The notes beneath the pieces are model-generated. The model saw only the letters and a program-made list of their open reading frames with translations, did not search any database and was not told the DNA's origin. A stretch of DNA of 64,000 nt from Squalus acanthias (lineage: Eukaryota). Shown here piece by piece: positions 60,261-64,000 of this stretch; the stretch's first letter is position 1; each line of letters begins with the position of its first letter. The stretch is taken from the NCBI GenBank assembly GCA_030390025.1, contig CM059429.1, positions 137,950,001 to 138,014,000 on the forward strand, given 5' to 3'. Both the position numbers and the translations under genes were made by a program.

Positions 60261-63002
60261 TTATGATCTGAAATTGTTGAACTTGATATTGAGTCTGGAA
60301 GGCTGTAAAGTGCCTAATCGGAAGATGAGGTGCTGTTCCTCGAGCTTACGCTGAGCTTCCGTGGAACAATGCAAGAGGCCGAGGACGGTGAGGTCTGAGT
60401 GGGCGTGGAGAGGTGAATTAAAGTGACAGGCGACTGGAAGCTCAGGGTCCCCCTTACGGACTGAACGGAGGTGTTCCGCAAAGCGGTCACCCAATCTGCG
60501 TTTGGTCTCCCCAATGTAGAGGAGACCGCATCGTGAGCAGCGAATACAGTATACTAAATTGCAAGAAGTACAAGTAAATCGCTGTTTCACCTGGAAGGGT
60601 TGTTTGGGGCCCTGGAGAGTGGGAAGGGGGGAGGCATAAGGGCATGTGTTGCATCTCCTGCGCTTGCACGGGAAGGTGCCGGGCGAAGGGGAAGGGGTGC
60701 TGGGGGTGATAGAGGAGTGGGCTAGGGTGTCTCGGAGGGAGCGGTCCCTACGGAATGCTGAAAGGGGAGGTGAGGGGAAGATACGTTTGGTGGTGGGATC
60801 ACGTTGGAGGTGGCGGAAATGGCGGAGGATGATCCGTTGAATGTGGAGGCTGGTGGGGTGAAAGGTGAGGACAAGGGGAACTCTATCGTGGTTCCGGGAG
60901 GGAGAGGCCGGGGTGAGGGCAGAAGTGCGGGAGATAGAACGGACACGGTCAAGGGCCGTGTCGACCACGGTAGAGGGGAATCCTCGGTTGAGGAAAAAGG
61001 AAGACATGTCAGAAGCACTGGTATGGAAGGTGGCATCGTCAGAGCAGATGCGGCGGAGACGGAGAAACTGGGAGAAGGGAATAGAGTCCTTACAGGAGGC
61101 GGGGTGGGAGGAAGTGTAGTCCAGGTAGCTGTGGGAGTCAGTGGGCTTGTAGTGAATGTTGGTCAATAACCTATCCCCAGAGATGGAGACGGAGAAGTCG
61201 AGGAAGGGAAGGGAAGAATCGGAGATGGACCATGTGAAGGTGAGGGAAGGGTGGAAATTGGAGGCAAAGTGAATGAAATTGTCTAGTTCAGGGCGAGAGC
61301 AGGAAACGGCACCGATACAGTCGTCAATGTACCGGAAAAAGAGGTGAGGGAGGGGACCTGAGTAGGACTGGAACAAAGAGTGTTCCACATATCCCACGAA
61401 AAGGCAGGCATAGCTAGGACCCATGCGGGTACCCATAGCAACACCTTTGATTTGGAGGAAATGAGTGGAGTCAAAGGAGAAGTTGTTCAATGTGAGAACA
61501 AGTTCAGCCAGGCGGAGGAGGGTGGCGGTGGATGGGGACTGGTTGGGCCTCTGTTCAAGGAAGAAGTGGAGCGCCCTCGGGCCATCCTGGTGGGGGATGG
61601 AGGTGTAGAGGGATTGTACGCCCATGGTGAAAAGGAGGCGGTCGGGGCCTGGAAACTGTTAAAGTGGCGGAGGGCGTCAGAGGAATTGCGGATGTAGGTG
61701 GGAAGAGACTGGACAAGGGGAGAAAAAATAGAGTTGAGATGGGAAGAGATAAGTTCCGTGGGGCAAGAGCAGGCTGAAACGATGGGTCTACCAGGGCAGT
61801 CCTGTTTGTGGAACTTGGGAAGGAGGTAGAAGCGGGCTGTGCGGGGTTGGGGAACTATGAGGTTAGCGGCTGTGGGGGGAAGATCTCCAGAGGAGATGAG
61901 GTCAGTGACAGTCTTGGAAATGGTGGCTTGATGTTCGGTAGTGGGGTCATGGTCCAGGTGGAGGTAGGAGGAGGTGTCGGAGAGTTGGCGTTCAACTTCC
62001 GCTAGGTAGAGGTCGGTTCGCCAAACAACAACAGCACCACCCTTGTCAGCAGGTTTAATGACAATGTCGGGGTTGGATCGGAGAGAATGGAGTGCTGCAA
62101 GTTCAGAGGGAGGTAGGTTGGAGTGAGTGAGGGGAGCAGAGAAATGGAGACGGCCAATGTCACGGCGGCAGTTAGCAATGAAAAGATCTAGAGAGGGTAA
62201 GAGGCCAGAGGGAGGGGTCCAGGTGAACGAGAATTCTGAAAGCGGGAGAAAGGGTCAGCCGTGCAGGGGGAAGACTCCTGGCCAAAGAAGTGGGCACAGA
62301 GACGAAGGCAGCGGAAAAAGAGCTCAGCATCGTGCCAAGCTCGAAATTCATTGAGGTGGGGGCGTAAGGGGATAAAGCTCAGGCCTTTGCTGAGGACTGA
62401 TTGTTCGGGGTCAGAGAGGGGAAGGTCAGAGGGGATAGTGAAAATGCGGCAGGGGGTGAGATTGGGAGAAGGGGGGTCAGAGGAAAGTGAAGGGGAAGAA
62501 GGTTCCGGAGGGGCGTTGGTGTTCAAGAGTTGATGAAGCTTGCGATCCTTGACATCGGAAAGGAAGAAGAAAAGGTTTTTGTTGAAGCGTCGGATGAGTC
62601 TAAGGATGAAATGGAATTGTGGACCCGGACAGCTTTGAGATAGAGTGCGTCGGTGCTGCTGAAGAGAGAGGTCGAGAGTGTTCATGTGGCGCCGCATGGC
62701 GTTGAGCGTGGATCTCAAGATGCGGCGAGAGCAGTAGTTCGAGGAACGATGAATATCTTGGAGATATTTGTAATCCTGGGTGGATCCGAAACACGAAGGG
62801 TGGAAGTTTAGTTGGAATCCACGTGGGATAAGTCGGAACCGGAGACAGTTGCTGAGGAAAATTATGTGGCTGTGAAACCGAGTCTTGGCAGATACCTGAT
62901 CAAACACGAGAAGGAAACTGAAAGCAATGAAGATGAACAAGGTTGAAGAGCCAAACGGAGATCCCGTCGAAGAGAAGAGCAGAACTTCTTCAAGGTGGGC
63001 AT
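60261..63002 (-). pseudogene. PLE RT-GIY-YIG ORF (~910 codons), disabled
   Basis: Starts MPTLKKFCSS at ATG 63002. Frameshifts near 62920, 62230 and 61650. RT motif A reads TMGVQSLY, with Gly in place of the catalytic Asp. Confidence 0.85.
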
Positions 63003-63137
63003 TCCTAGAAGAGAGGTGGCAGTGAACCAAACACTAATACGATAGCAAAATACTGCGGATGCTGGAAAATTGAAACAACAACAGAAAACGCTGGAAAAAC
63101 TCAGCAGGCCAGGCAACATCCGTGGAGAGAGAAACAG

Positions 63138-63174
63138 AGTTAACGTTTCAGGTTGAAGACCCTTCGTCAGAACT
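63138..63174 (-). ncRNA. Minimal type-I hammerhead ribozyme (PLE repeat copy 2)
   Basis: AGUU-CUGACGA-A-GGGU(CUUCA)ACCU-GAA-ACGU-U-AACU. Confidence 0.8.
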
Positions 63175-63761
63175 GAGAAGAAAGCAGGAAATGAAACAGA
63201 TAAAAAAGCAAGGGGGAGGCTGGGGGGAGGAATAACTATGGTAAGTAGAGACATTAAGAGATGCTCAAGGCAAGACGAGATGGTAATGGGACAGGTTAAG
63301 AAACAAAAGGTGGTAGAAGTGTGAAGTGTGAAATGCTGGCAGAATGAGAGACAGCTGCCGTAGGGGGAGAGAGAGAAAAAACAGGGAAAAAGGCACGAAC
63401 CAAAAGGGTGGATAAAATGTGTGGTAGGGGCCGAGGTTATGATCTGAAATTGTTGAACTCGATATTGAGTCCGGAAGGCTGTAAAGTGCCTAATCGGAAG
63501 ATGAGGTGTTGTTCCTCGAGCTTACGCTGAGCTTCCGTGGAACAATGCACGAGGCCGAGGACGGTGAGGTCTGAGTGGGCGTGGAGAGGTGAATTAAAAT
63601 GACAAGCGACTGGAAGCTCAGGGTCACCCTTACGGACTGAATGGAGGTGTTCCGCAAAGCGGTCACCCAATCTGCGTTTGGTCTCCCCAATGTAGAGCGT
63701 TAAGCTCGAGGAACAGCACCTCATCTTCCGATTAGGCACTTTACAGCCTTCCGGACTCAAT

Positions 63762-64000
63762 GGGGGGGAGAGAGAGAGAATATGGGGGGGGGGGATAGAG
63801 AGAGAATATGTGGGGAGAGAGAGAATATGGGGGGAGAGAGAGAATATGGGGGGGGGGAGAGAGAGAATATGGGGGGGAGAGAGAGAATATGGGGGGAGAG
63901 AGAGAGAATATGGGGGGGAGAGAGAGAGAATATGGGGGGAGAGAGAGAGAGAATATGGGGGGGAGAGAGAGAGAGAATATGGGGGGGAGAGAGAGAGAGA
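63762..64000 (+). repeat. Purine-rich minisatellite (GAGAGAGAATATGGGGGG)n
   Basis: About 10 variable units running to the window end. Confidence 0.95.

Larger units (their letters stand above)
59913..63761 (-). mobile_element. Near full-length Penelope-like element (RT + GIY-YIG, Neptune-like) with pLTR-like direct repeats and a 5' inverted segment
   Basis: Direct repeats 59913-60521 and 63075-63697. Inverted piece 63698-63761. Motifs IKPADKGG, LPKFHK, GRPIVS, QIKGVAMG, RYIDD, Cys linker CKRRRCNTC, and VYCIRC...YIGET. Confidence 0.95.

Noticed and set aside
1-64000. CRISPR arrays, prokaryotic operons, rRNA or true tRNA genes
   Set aside because: None seen. The tRNA-like boxes belong to SINE heads and the sequence is intron-rich eukaryotic DNA.

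Overview
Eukaryotic vertebrate genomic DNA, most likely a cartilaginous fish, judged from the repeat complement (DeuSINE, LF-SINE, CR1, Penelope-like elements, Harbinger/MITEs). The only host gene is PTGFRN (EWI-F/CD9P-1) on the + strand. Eight coding exons (14612-33134) encode six V-type Ig domains, a TM helix and a short tail. The signal-peptide exon was not found and is probably upstream, and the first visible intron has a GC donor. The rest is mostly repeats, including a near full-length Penelope-like element whose terminal repeats carry minimal hammerhead ribozymes and a perfect 94-bp hammerhead palindrome. The most striking observation is in the apparently unique DNA between the repeats. 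Manual multi-frame translation shows long, collinear series of degenerate motifs of negative-strand RNA virus L polymerases. These include a near full-length paramyxovirus-like L fossil in the intron upstream of the first visible exon (~4010-13200), three further L-like fossils (40850-41260, 48270-49120, 49890-53350) and an N-like fragment (16310-16665). These calls rest on remembered family motifs, not on database searches, and need tblastn/HMM confirmation.
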